Below are positions 12,739 through 25,110 of a stretch of DNA of 64,000 nt, one piece after another (position 1 is the stretch's first letter; each line of letters starts with the position of its first letter). The notes under the pieces are model-generated. The model was not told where the DNA came from and did no database searches. It saw only the letters and a program-made list of their open reading frames with translations. The position numbers and the translations under genes were made by a program. This DNA comes from Mobula hypostoma (Eukaryota), in NCBI RefSeq assembly GCF_963921235.1, contig NC_086097.1, positions 47,368,001 to 47,432,000 of the forward strand. Direction: 5' to 3'.

Positions 12739-12859
12739 CACGCATCAAAGTTGCTGGTGAACGCAGCAGGCCAGGCAGCATCTCTAGGAAGAGGTATAGT
12801 CGACGTTTCGGGCCGAGACCCTTCGTCAGGACTAACTGAAGGAAGATCTAGTAAGAGAT
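12739..12859 (-). mobile_element. 121-bp Penelope-like terminal-repeat fragment with 13-bp TSD
   Basis: Flanked by tacttaacagcta (12726-12738 and 12860-12872). The body matches the terminal repeat of the GIY-YIG-bearing element at 35127-36220. Confidence 0.85.
12797..12834 (-). ncRNA. Minimal type I hammerhead ribozyme motif (Penelope-type)
   Basis: Minus strand reads UAGUC-CUGACGA-A-GGG-ucucgg-CCC-GAAA-CG-UC^GACUA: intact core, 5-bp stem I, loopless palindromic stem III. Confidence 0.75.
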
Positions 12860-13331
12860 TACTTAACAGCTAGTTGCTTTTGTAGGCAGCTTTAAACTAC
12901 AAACTCAAGTAAATCATGGATCTGAACGGTCAGCCAAGCTACATTTGGCTTCTCTGTAGAAAATACCATATGGTGATCACCGAACCGAGCAAATTGTTTG
13001 GCAGAAATGCAAGAGAATCGCTGTTTTACTTTAATTGTTTGGTTCTATGGCTATTGGGAAGAAAAGAAGTGAGAGGACAGCTATTGCATCTGCAACGGTT
13101 GTATAGGACAGTGATACTGGATAGGGCAGAGTTGGTGGGGAAGGGAGAACAGACCAGGTAACTACAAAGGGAGCAATCCCTTCCTAATGCTGAAAAGGGA
13201 GAAGAGGGAAGGATATGCTTTTTTAAAAAATATGTTAAATGTAAGTATTATAATATATATCAGTTAATACATAAAGAACTCTTCTCTAGATTCACTTCTT
13301 ATCCTAGCCACACGGGATTGAATTAAGAATA

Positions 13332-14010
13332 ACACACACAAAGTGCTGGAGGAACTCAGGTGGGTCAGACAGCATCAATGGAAGTGAATAAACAGTAGCC
13401 GTTTTGGGCTGAGGCAGTTCTTCAGCACTGGAAAGGAAGGGGGAAGATGCCAGAAAAAAGATGACAAGCTAGAAGGTGAACGCTGAACCGGGGGTGAAGT
13501 AAGAAGTTGGGAAGTGATAAGTAGAAAAGCTGAAGTACTGGAGGAGAAGGAATCTGAATGGAGAGGATAGTGTATCATAGGAGAAAGGGAAGGAGGAGGG
13601 ACACTGGGGGAGGTGATAGATAGCTGAGGAGAAGTGGTTCGAGGCCAGAGTGGGGAAATGAAGAAGGAAGGGGATTGGGGAAATACTAGAAGTTGAAGAA
13701 ATCCATGTTAATGCCATCAACACACACAATGCTAATGAACTCAGCAGGTCAGGCAGCGTCTATGGAAATGAATAAACAGTTGACATTTTGAGTTGAGACC
13801 CCTCTTCAGGATTATTAGGTTGGAGGTCCATGAGATGTTGCTGTTCCACCCTGAGAGTGGCCTTATCATGGCAGAAGAGGTCATGAACTGGCGTGCCGGA
13901 ATGGGGATAAGAACTGAAATGGTTAGCCACTGGGAAATTCCACTTTTTGCAGACGGAGCTAAGGTGCTCAACAAAGTGGTCTCCCAGTCTATATCAGGTC
14001 TCACCGATGT
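13332..14010 (-). mobile_element. Two tandem Penelope-like fragments
   Basis: Two copies of the acacacacaa...gaactcag...cagc terminal motif (13332, 13720), degenerate hammerhead cores and GIY-YIG C-terminal relic. Confidence 0.7.
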
Positions 14011-14474
14011 AGGATTGATCTGATCGCCTTCCAACGCGACCTGGCATTCAATAAAGATTTACTTGTTTTAATATATTTCATTTCTTTTCTTCAGTTTCTT
14101 TTTACTTTGATAAAATTTCTTCCAAATATTGTTTAGTTTGCAAATATTTCAATCTGGCCAATTTGATTTGTCAATTTTAAATAATATATCTTCAGGCATC
14201 TAAGTAAATGTCAGTACTTTTCTGTAGCTATCTGACTAAATTACTTTTATTTACATTATAGCTTCCAAGGCATTGGAGAAATTAATATAACATTAAATAT
14301 TTTATTTAACCTGTTTTTTTTAACATAGAAAAACATGAAACATTATTGATATGTGAAAGCTGACAAATCGGCCAACGATTGATGCAATTCAAGTCCTTGT
14401 TGATCTGAACTATCACTTTTGTGAGCAAGTTTTAATTGTGATGTTGTGGAATAAAAGAATCAATCACAAGAATA

Positions 14475-16363
14475 CAGTGGTACTAAAAAGTTTGTGAAGC
14501 CTGTAGAATTTTCTCTATTTCTCCATAAATATGATTTAAATGTGATCAGTTCCTCATGTAAGTCCTAAAACTAGATAAAGAGAACCTAATTAAATAAGTA
14601 ACACAAAATACATTATACTTGTTTATATATTTATTGAGAAAAATTATGCAATATTACATGTAAATGTAGAAAAAAGGATGTGAACCTTTGGGGTAATGGC
14701 TTCTACAAAAGCTATTTAGAGTCAGCTGTTCCAATCAATGAGATGGGATTGGAAGTTTAGGTTGTAGAGGTGCCCTGCTCTATCAAAAAAAAACACACAA
14801 AGTCAGGTTGCTGGCAGAGTCTGCTCTTCTCAAGAATGATTATGTGCACCATGCCTTGATCAAAACAACTTTCAGAGGGCCTTAGAAGAAGAATTGTAGA
14901 GATGCGTGAGCTAGAAAAGGCTACAAAAACATTTCTAAAGACTTGAGTGTTCATCAGTCCACAGTAAGAGAAATTGTCTACAAATGGAGGAAATTCAATA
15001 TTGTTGCTACTCTCCCTGAGAGTGGACGTCCTGCAAAGATCACGCCAAGAGCACAACGTGTAATGCTGAAGGAGATGAAAAAGAACCCAACGGTAACAAT
15101 AAAAGACCTGCAGAAATCTCTAGAACTTGCTAAGGTCTCTGCTCATCTGTCCATAGAAACATAGAAAACCTACAGCATAATACAGGCCCTTCAGCCCACA
15201 AAGTTGTGCCGAACATGTTCCTACCTTAGAAATTTCTAGGCTTACCCATAGCCCTTTATTTTTCTAAGCTCCATGTACCTATCCAAAAGTCTCTTAAGAC
15301 CCTATCTTACCTGCCTCCACCACTGTTGCCAGCAGCCCATTCCACACACTCACCACTTTCTGTAAAAAAAAATTACCCCTGACATCTCCTCTGTACCTAT
15401 TCCCCAGCAACTTAAACCTGTGTCCTCTTGTGGCAACCATTTTAGCCCTGGGAAAAAGTCTCTGACTATCCACGTGATCAATGCCTGTAAGAAAAACACT
15501 GAACAAGAGAGGTGTTCATAGAAGGACACTGCGTAGGAAACCACTGCTCTCCAAAAAAACATTGCTGCATGTCTCAGGTTTGCAAAAGACCACCTGGATG
15601 TTCTGCTGTGCTTCTGGGACAATGTTCTATGGACAGAAGAGACAAAAGTTGAACTTTTGGGCAAAAATGCACATTGTTTGGAGGAAAAAGGACATCCCAA
15701 CTGTGAAGCATGGTGGAAGAAGCATCATGGTTTGGAGCTGCTTTGCTCCCTCAGGGCCTGAGCAGCTTGCAATGGTTGAGGGAACAATGAATTCAAAATT
15801 GTATCAAGAAATGTTACAGGAGAATATCAGAGTAGCAGTCCATCACCGGAAGCTCAATATAAGTTGGATAATTGCAACAAGTCAATAATCTGAAAGACAA
15901 AAGTAGATCAACAACAGAATGGTTTAAAAAGAATTGTGTTTTGGAATGGCTGAGTCAAAGTCCTGACCTTAATCTTATAGAATGTTGTGGAAGAACCTGA
16001 AACAAGCAGTTCATGCAAAGAAGCCCACCAACATCCCAATTTTCTAAGGAGGAAATGGCCTAAAATTCCTCCAAGCTGATGTGCAGGATTGATAAACAGT
16101 TACTGGAAACGTTTGGCAGAAGTTATTGCTGCACAAGGAGGTCACTCCAGTTACTGAAAGCAAAGGTTCACATTTTTTCCAACAAATACATGTGTTTTCT
16201 CAATAAATAAATGAACAAATATAATGCATTTTGTGTTATTTATTTAATTAGGTTCTGTTTATCTAGTTTTAGGACTTCCATGAAGATCTGATCACATTTT
16301 AGGTCTTATTTATGGAGAAATAGAGAAAATTCTACAGGGTTCACAAACTTTTTAGCACCACTG
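14475..16363 (+). mobile_element. Tc1-family DNA transposon with long (about 210 bp, IR/DR-type) TIRs; transposase pseudogene
   Basis: TA|cagtggtactaaaaagtttgtg ... cacaaactttttagcaccactg|TA. Broken transposase (SGRPAKIT, RRKPLLSKK, TVKHGGRSIMVWSCF). Confidence 0.93.
15152..15486 (-). mobile_element. CR1-like LINE 3' fragment inserted in the Tc1 transposase
   Basis: (catagaaa)n tail and GIDHVDSQRLFPRAKMVATRGHRFK relic; same family as 52029-52380. Confidence 0.85.
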
Positions 16364-16436
16364 TACATACCTGGGACAAGCAGGGAATTATTTATTCACC
16401 TGCAGGAGAGTGAGGGTCTAATAACCCTATAGGTGC

Positions 16437-16440
<4 letters not shown>

Positions 16441-16472
<32 letters not shown>
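16441..16472. repeat. (CA)16 microsatellite
   Basis: Direct reading of the sequence. Confidence 0.95.
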
Positions 16473-16473
<1 letters not shown>

Positions 16474-16841
16474 CTCTATGCAAGGAATGTTGTCTTAGTA
16501 TCTGCTATCCAAAATATATCAGGCTCCAGTCAATCTATTCATTAAAAGTGAATTATGACTTTGGTTTTAAAAATCGGTAAATTAAATTTTTAAATTAGTT
16601 TATTATTGTCACATGTAGTGAAGTATTGTGGATTTTTTTGTCTTGCATACAATCCATACAGATTAATTCATTACATTGTTGCACTGAGGTAGAACAAGGT
16701 AAACAGTGCAGAGTAAAATGTTACAGTGCAGGTAGACAGTAAGGTGTCAGATCACAGCGAGGTAGATTGTGAGGTCAATTTTGAATCTCACTACAGTTTT
16801 AAGATAAATAATAATTTGTGCCAATTGAAATAATCTTTTAG

Positions 16842-17039
16842 ATTTCAGACTTCCAGCCGCCAAAGGACTCACACTTTGACTGGGTTGGCCCTCCAGATAG
16901 ATTTTCAAACTTAAGATACGTGAAGTTTCACATTCCAAAGAATGAATCCAAACTGGAAAGGCAGCTGAGAAAATTAAGAATAGATACGCAGAATTGGAAC
17001 CAGAAATTTTGGTCAAATCAGAATGTAGTTTTCAACAAG
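16842..17039 (+). CDS. COA8: COA8 exon 2 (198 nt)
   Basis: ctttAG acceptor; [66 protein letters not shown] contains the COA8 signature DWxGPPDxxSNLR; donor AAG|GTGAGT. Confidence 0.95.
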
Positions 17040-17184
17040 GTGAGTATTGTAAATTCTTTATACTTTCATTTGAAATACTGTATGCTCTTAGTAGTTAAAA
17101 ATTGTCTGATTTGTTTATGAAACAACAATATATAAACAGATTTTGTATTACACATTGTACTATGCAAATATGTCAGAATTAACT

Positions 17185-17795
17185 TCAGAGTCAGATTTTT
17201 TATTACTGTTATATCGTGAAATTTGTTGTCTTGTGACAGGATGACCTGGTGGAAGATGCTGTCCTGGGGCCTGTTGCTGCTGGCTTTTATGCTGTGGTAC
17301 TGTTTGCTGGATGGTAGCAGTTGGGATAGTTTGTGGTTGGGGTGACACGGGTCCCCGATGATCCTTCAGGCCCTTTTTACACACCTGTCTCTGTAAATGT
17401 CTTGAATAGTGGGAAGTTCCCATCTATAGATGTGCTGGGCTGTCCGCACCACTCTCTGCAGAGTCCTGCAATTGAGGGAAGTACAGTTCCCATACCAGGC
17501 AGTAATGCATCTGGTCAGGATGCTCTCAATTGTGCCCCTATAGAATGTTCTTAGGATTTGGGGACTCATGCCAAACTGCTTCAACCGTCTGAGGTGAAAG
17601 ATGTGCTGTTGTGCCTTTCTCACCACAAAGCCGTTGTGTATAGACCAAATGAGATCCTCAGTGATGTGTATGCCGAGGAACTTGAAGCTGTTCACCCTCT
17701 CAACCATTGATGTCAATAGGGATTAGCCTGTCTCCAGTCCTCTTGGGTCCACAACCAGCTGCTTTGTTTTTGTGACATTGAGGGAGAGGTTGCCA
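17185..17795 (-). mobile_element. Rex/Babar-like LINE RT C-terminal fragment
   Basis: ORF 17366-17716: VERVNSFKFLGIHITEDL...HLRRLKQFG...CITAWYGNC. Confidence 0.8.
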
Positions 17796-17996
17796 GTATA
17801 AACATCATCCTACTTTGCCACTGGATGCAGAAGGACGCTGTTTGGCCTACTGGCTCCCAGGGCAGCAACCCCAACAGTCCTCTTCCCTTTTGTAAATTTC
17901 CTGTATTTCTGCAACTCATTCTTTATCAACTCCTCTTTGATTCTTTTTCTCATGAGCCTACATTGAAGGATAAGTTACAGTAAGGCATTAACCATG

Positions 17997-18134
17997 TCTT
18001 TGGATGTGGGAGGAAACTGGAGCAGCTGGAGAGAAGGAGCAAACTTCACTCAGTTAGCAGCTGTGGTCAGGATTGAACAGGTCCCTTGGAGCTGAGAGTC
18101 ATCGGCAATAATCGCTGTACTGCTGTGCCACCAT
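17997..18134 (-). mobile_element. HE1/V-SINE-like SINE
   Basis: Minus strand ggtggcacagcagt...ctccagtttcctcccacatccaaaga. Confidence 0.65.
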
Positions 18135-19210
18135 GCCACCCCGTTTTGCCAGGTTTCCTCAGCATTATGCTGGAGAATTTTCCTATCACATGTAACACTT
18201 GCTTCTTCTAGCGGCTTAATCTAGGGGGTGATAACCCCCCTGCCAGACCAAACTAAAGAAATCTCCTTTGGATTGATGCTGTGCGATGTGTCCACCATTA
18301 CAAATTTAGTACCCCGAAATAACAAACCGTGCACAATATGCAATTAAACGATTAAGCTTTATAACTTACTTTGACTTGCACGAACCCCGTGACGGGGATA
18401 AAGAACCAGCAGAGATGGAAAACACTTTGGAGTCTAGTATTGCTATAAACTAATAATATTTATTAGTGACTACGCAATACAGTAATATAAATGTAAATAA
18501 ATCAAACTGGTTAGCAATGATTTTATATATATATGTGTGTAAGTATATCAGAAAGTGTGGAAATACATGTATGAAAAACCAAGCTTTAAGTCTAAGGGTA
18601 AAAAGATACAGTCTTACGATGATGAGCAAAGTTCGGTTCAGTTCAGTTCATGGTATTTAGTTCAGTAGCGATGGGGGGAGAGAGAGAGATTTGAGTCTTC
18701 AGGTGAGCTGATGCCGTCGATCTTCTTGAAGTCCTTCACAAGCCACCGACTGTGACTTTTCCCGTGGTGGAGCTATCACCCCAGCAAGGGTGGACACATA
18801 GACAACTCCCCACCAGTCAACCCCTTCTCCTTCTTCCACTGCAAGAGCAATTGGATCGATCCTCCAAAACCCACTTTCTCTGCGGGCACAACAATGCTCA
18901 TTTAGTGTCCAGATCAGGTGTCTGAGGTCTGTATCATCTGACATCCTATTTATCTCACTGTGCTGAGCATCACCTGTCATTCAAAGAGTCCCTCCTTCCT
19001 TTGTCTGTGAGGACATGCAAGCAAGCAGAGCTGTCCTTGAAAGTAACATCAAAAATGTGCTGTCGGTCACCATAGCAACCTTCAAGCTGCTTGGTGCTAT
19101 CTCCAAAGTAGAAATCCAAAGTTACCTCCCGTACCCTAACGGGACAGTCCAACCGTTAACCTTTGTCTCTCTCTCTCTTTTCAAAACAAACCATCGGTGA
19201 TAAGTAACTC

Positions 19211-19421
19211 AAACAACAGGAATTCTGCAGATGCTGGATATTCAAGCAACACACATCAAAGTTGCTGGTGAACGCAGCAGGCCAGGCAGCATCTCTAGGA
19301 AGAGGTGCAGTCGACATTTCAGGCCGAGACCCTTCATCAGGACTAACGTTAGTCCTGATGAAGGGTCTCAGCCTGAAACGTCGACTGCACCTCTTCCTAG
19401 AGATGCTGCCTGACCTGCTGT
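19211..19421. mobile_element. Inverted pair of Penelope-like terminal repeats with two hammerhead motifs, inserted in the LTR of element A
   Basis: Near-perfect palindrome centred at 19347/19348. Hammerhead cores at 19309-19344 (minus) and 19351-19386 (plus). Absent from the sister LTR. Confidence 0.8.
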
Positions 19422-19570
19422 NNNNNNNNNNNNNNNNNNNNNNNNNNNNNNNNNNNNNNNNNNNNNNNNNNNNNNNNNNNNNNNNNNNNNNNNNNNNNNN
19501 NNNNNNNNNNNNNNNNNNNNNNNNNNNNNNNNNNNNNNNNNNNNNNNNNNNNNNNNNNNNNNNNNNNNNN
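19422..19570. other. Assembly gap (149 N)
   Basis: Run of N. Confidence 0.99.
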
Positions 19571-22500
19571 GGCACTCCAGGATCCCCTCACAGGACAAGT
19601 ATAAACCTCAAAATGTTGTAAGGCCAGAATAAGTGCCAATAACTCCTTTTCAACAGTTGAATAATTCTTCTGGTTCATGTTAAATTTCCTTGAGAAATAA
19701 GCTACTGGGTGTTCAATATCGTCCGCACCCTTCTGTAACAGTACTGCCCCAGCAGCTTCGTCACTAGCGTCTGTTGCTATCGAGAATGGTTTTGAAAAAT
19801 CCGTTGCTTTGAGCACAGGATGATAACACAGGATGGTTTTCAAATGTTCAAATGCCTCCTGGCAAAGGTCATTCCATACAAATCTTTCACTCTTCCCGAG
19901 GAGTTTTGTTAGGGGGAGAGCAATGTCAGCAAAGTTCTTACAAAATTTTCTATAATATCCAACCATCCCTAAAAACCTTCTCAAAGCTCTCTTGCCAGTT
20001 GGAACAGGAACTTCAGCAATAGCTTGAACCTTGGCCTGTACAGGAGCCAGCTGGCCTTGGCCCACCACATAACCCAGATATGTGACTGTGGCATGGCCAA
20101 ACTCACTTTTAGCGAGGTTCACCCTAAGATTGGCCTTAGAAAGTCTGTCAAACAGTTTTTCTACCGCTACAATATGTTCTTCCCACATGTCACTCCAGAC
20201 CACTAAGTCATCAATTTAAGCCCCTGTGTTTTCTAACCCTCTAATCACCGAATTGATCATTCTTTGAAATGTCCCTGGTGCACTTTTCATCCCGAAGTGT
20301 AAAACATTGTATTTATACAGTCTAGATGGTGTCACAAATACTGACATCTCCTTAGCCCTCTCTGTTAAAGGAACACCCCAGTATCCTTTTAACAAGTCAA
20401 TCTTTATAAGGCATTTAGTCTTCCCCACTCTATCAATACAGTCATCCATTCTCTCTCTTTGTTCTTTCTTGTTTCTAATTTCTTCAACCATTTTACTTTT
20501 CTCAAAGTTCACTCTGTGAAGATGCCATTTCATAGGCTGGGCTGAATTCATAATGACATGATGCACTGCACCTGTGCACCATTTCAAAACACCAATTAGT
20601 CCTTTTACTTGTTTTTTTGGTTTTGGGTCCAACTGATGGACCTTATCAGTAATATTTTTCAAAACAATGGAATTCTGACATCTGGGTGAGTCTAGGTTCA
20701 TGGGTAAACATGTTTTTCCATTCCACTATCAGATTTCACGACTCCATCTTGTTCCATAACAATTCTCCCAGCTGCAATTCTAGCAAACGAGTGTCTTATT
20801 TTGACTCCACCATTTTGTAAACTTTCCTTGGCAAAGTCACAAAGCCTACTAAATCCCTTCCAGCGTTCTCTGAGTAGGGTCAAAGGTCCTTTTGGCCTGT
20901 AACTGAATACAAGTTCCAACAACCTACCCTTCACTGCCTTCTGAATCAAATCTCCAACAATAAATAAGAAGAGGGGAACCTCCTCGTTCCAATTTTCTCC
21001 AATTCTCACACCATAATGTGCTTTAATCATGGTTCTAAGAGTTGAGTTGAGCTGTTCCAAAGCTCCCTTGGACCCTGTGTTATATGTAGATGACATCATG
21101 TGCTTAGCTTCCAGTTCTCTAACTATCCCCTGGAATGTTCCTGAAGTAAAGTTACTGCCCTGGTCAAATTGAATTTCTCTGGGCAGACCTACCAGTGTGT
21201 AAAACTTACTGAATGCTGTTACCACCGTCTTGGCCTCCGTATTTTCAAAAGACATTGCTTCAGGGGACCTACTGATAACCAATGGGCCCACACAATTCAC
21301 TACATCCTTCCTTAACCTAGGCCAGTAAAATTCCTTCACAACCCTGTTCACTGTCTTTCTCACTCCATGATTTCCATCTAAAGGCATACTGTAAGCCATA
21401 TTTAAAATTTCAGCCCTGTAACCTTTCAAAACCACCACGTGACTTGCAGGCACAGTGGCTGGTCTCCATTTCCTCATCAACACCCTATCTTTAAGATAAT
21501 ATTCTGCTGACTCTCTCTGAACCTCCTCTCCTGTGAGAGCTACCTCCTTTAATGCCACCATTTCAGAATCTTGCTTCTGTTCCTCTATACATTCCTTCCT
21601 CAATAAAGACAAACCTTTCTTATACACCTTACCCTTATCAGCTGTACTACCGTCTTAGTCCTGCTGAAATCTGGAAGGTAGGAAAGTCTGTGACACATCA
21701 TAATAATTTAAACCTCTGGTTCTGCCATAGGCCTCAACAGGCTGCTTACTCATCAGCTGAACAGCCTTATCCATCAGCTGAATTGCTGAAACACTCTTAT
21801 CTTGGAGAGCTGTCAACATGCCTCCATTGTTTATTAAATTCAGCACCATCATCAGGCTGATCAGAATCATGTATACATTATGAAAGAAACCAAATAAACT
21901 ACCCATCTGATTATGACCTATGCTTCGACTTGCTTCCACAGCAACTTCCACTCCAAAACCATAATAGTTTTCTTCCTTCTCCATAACATTACACTGCCTA
22001 ACATTATGACCTTGCAGGTGCTCAAATGTCCAAACAAAATTCAACAAACTAGCACATCTTTTCTCAGCGCGCCTTTGTCCTGCAAGCAGGGTCAAAGGTC
22101 ACGCAACCAATCCAACCTTTTCCAGCACTTTACCCAAAAGTCCAGGAACAGCACTTTTGCCATTATTTTCAACAACACTGACCTCACCAATTTTCACCTC
22201 TCCACCAACCTTTAAAACACAGTCTAATAGCAATGACTGAGAATCCTTCCATTCCACTGGTACCAAAGTTAACCCCTTATTCACTGAACCAAGATCATCT
22301 GACACAAAAACTGCATTCCTTTCCAACCAAGTCAGACACTTCAGACTTCAACTGAGCCTCAGCCTAAGGTTTAGAATCCTGTGAACTCACAGGTACTTCA
22401 ACAACCTGAACACGTTCAGTCGGAACAACTGCCTCTTCTAGGCTGTCATCACTTGTCCCAGTTTCAAATTCAAGGTCTTCCCGAACCTCCCAGCTATTCG

Positions 22501-24469
22501 CTGGCAAACTCTTTTCTGGAGTAAACTCAACCTTGTGGGTTAAAACTTCTTCGTGTGCTTTCCTATCAGACCCCCTCAGGGTAGTGGCATCCTGTGCAAC
22601 TGGGTATGCCCCTACCTCATCAGGAACACAACTTTTAAATTCATCACGCAAGACTAGCCCTTCCGAGCTGTAAAAATCATCAGGGTCCGACTCTAAACCT
22701 CTTTGCTGCAACCTCTCTCTTTTAAACTGTCTCTGCCTTTCTGCCACATGGTCTTCACGTTGCCATTTCTCCCTCTCAAGCGGTCTGTGTCTTTCTGCCT
22801 CTTCTCTCTGTCTTTCTGCCTTTCTAGCCTCACGGACCCTCCTCTTTTCTGCTTCAACAGCCTCGAGCTGTATTAAATCCAATTTCAGTTTCGACTGAGC
22901 TTCAGCCTCAGCATGTACCTTACTTTAAGCAAATAACTCTAACGCTTCTTCCTCAAACGTTCCCTTAGCTACATAATGCTGGGCTACTGACATATGTATC
23001 TGAATTTTCCTCATTTTAGTGGTCACCTTTGAGCAATTCCCCACAGCACAACCCTCGTAGCATTATCCAACGCTTCCGGGGTTGGTTCCAACATAAACTC
23101 CTCAACACTAACGTCCATTTCTGCTGTATTTCCACACAACCAAAACAAAAGGAAATTTCCCCAATCAATTCAAACCAGCCTCCCGACCAATTTGTTCATA
23201 TCGCGGACGCAGGCCCCAATTTTGTCACAAACCCCACGACGGGAATAAAGAACCAGCAGAGATGGAAAACACTTTGGAGTCCAGTATTGCTATAAACTAA
23301 TAATAGTTATTAGTGACTACGCAATACAGTAATATAAATGTAAATAAATCAAACAGGTTAGCAGTGATTTTATATATATATATGTATGTGTCTATGTATA
23401 TGTGTGTGTATATATATGTAAATCAGTAAGTGTGGAAATATATGTATGAAAAACCAAGCTTCTTTAAGTCTAGGGGTAAAAAGATACAGTCTTACGATGA
23501 TGAGCAAAGTTCGGTTCAGTTCAGTTCGTGGTATTTAGTTGAGTAGCGATGGGGGGAGAGAGAGAGAGAGAGAGAGATTTGAGTCTTCAGGTGAGCTGAT
23601 GCCAATCTTCTCGTCATTCTCCGAAATCCTTCACAAGTCACCGACTGTGACTTTAACAAGGGGGACCGGTTTTCCCGTGTTGGAGCTATCACCCCGGCAA
23701 GGGTGGACACATAGACAGCTCCCCACCAGTCAACCCCTTCTCCTTCTTCCACTGCAAGAGCAATTGGATCGATCCTCCAAAACCCACTTTCTCTGCGGGC
23801 ACAACAATGCTCATTCAGTGTCTAGATCATGTGTCTGAGGTCTGTATCATCTGACCTCCTGTTTATCTCACTGCGCTGAGCATCACCTGCCATTCAGAGT
23901 CCCTTCTTCCTTTGTCTGTGAGGACATGCAAGCAAGCAGAGCTGTCCTTGAAAGTAACATCAAAAATGTGCTGTTGGTCACCATAGCAACCTTCGAGCTG
24001 CTTGGTGCTATCTCCAAAGTAGAAATCCAAAGTTACCTCCCGTGCCCTAATGGGTCAGTCCAACCATTAATCTTCCTCTCTCTCTCTCTCTCTCTTCAAA
24101 ACAAACCATCGGTGATAAATAACTCTCTCTTCAAACAGTTATTAGGGGCACTCCAGGATCCCCTCACAGACTATATGGTTAGTAGAGAATGAAAACATAA
24201 AAGAAAAGGTGCTAGTAATCTTATTAAACGGTCATGTGCACGCAAAGTTGAAGCTCACGCAATTCAACAGTTCTTCTTCCACCATCGATCTCCTCCTTTG
24301 GACCCCCGCTTGGATTCCCCTCTGGTCGGGCGGCCCACCGATTCACTCAAGTCACATCTCCTCTCTTCATTCCCCTCGCGCCTTCTGGCAAAACCCCAAA
24401 ACCAACAGCTTTCAGACACACAAGAAAGAATAACATTTCCCCCATTGAATAGTCACCCATTATCTCTAG

Positions 24470-25110
24470 TTTAGATTAGATTAGATTATGAGGATGCGCA
24501 GTCCTCTTTTATTGTCATTTAGTAATGCATGCATTAAGAAATGATACGATGTTTTTCCAGAATGATATCACAGAAGCACATGACAAACCGACTTAAAAAA
24601 CTAACAAAAACCACATGATTATAACATATAGTTACAACAGTGCAAAGCAATACCGTAATTTGATAAGAACAGACCCTGGCACGGTAAAAGTCTCAAAGTC
24701 TTTCGAAAGTCCCATATCTCACGCGGACAGTGAACCTCCAGTGCTGCCAACTTGCCAATGCAGCATACTGGAAGCATCTGACCACAGTCTGACTCCAAGT
24801 CCGTCCGAAAACTTTGAGCCTCCGACCAGCTGTCCGACACCGAGCACCATCTCTGCTGAGCGCTTCGGCCCTGGCAACAGGCAATAGGCAAAGCTGAGGA
24901 TTTGGGGCCTTCCCCTCCGGAGATTCTCAATCGCACAGTAGCAGCGGCAGCAAAGCGGGCATTTCAGAAGTTACTCCAGATGTTCCTCCGTGCTTCTCAC
25001 AGCTGTCTCCATCAAATCCAGATTGTGCACGGCCCCCTAGTTAACACATATCGATATCAATTTGGAACGGCCGCGCGTGCTGCGTCCCGCCACCATCTTC
25101 TTCTCCCTCC
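24470..25110 (-). mobile_element. Non-coding short retroelement with (TCTAA)n tail, inserted in LTR B
   Basis: ttagattagattagatt tail plus polyA signal on one end, GC-rich aagatggtggcgggacgcagcacgcgcggcc head on the other, no credible ORF. Confidence 0.6.

Larger units (their letters stand above)
18377..24168 (-). mobile_element. Gmr1-like Gypsy LTR retrotransposon A (degenerate), LTRs 23223-24168 and 18377-19592, TSD GACT
   Basis: GACT at 18373-18376 and 24169-24172; PBS-like TGGGGCCTGCGTCCGCGAT at 23200-23218 (minus). Gag relics, then integrase (20698-21627, QFDQGSNFTS) upstream of RT/RNase H (19593-20701; YIDD with Y mutated to a stop; TDASD), the Gmr1 domain order. Confidence 0.9.

Noticed and set aside
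19156-19621. ORFs spanning X residues
   Set aside because: Artefacts of the N gap.
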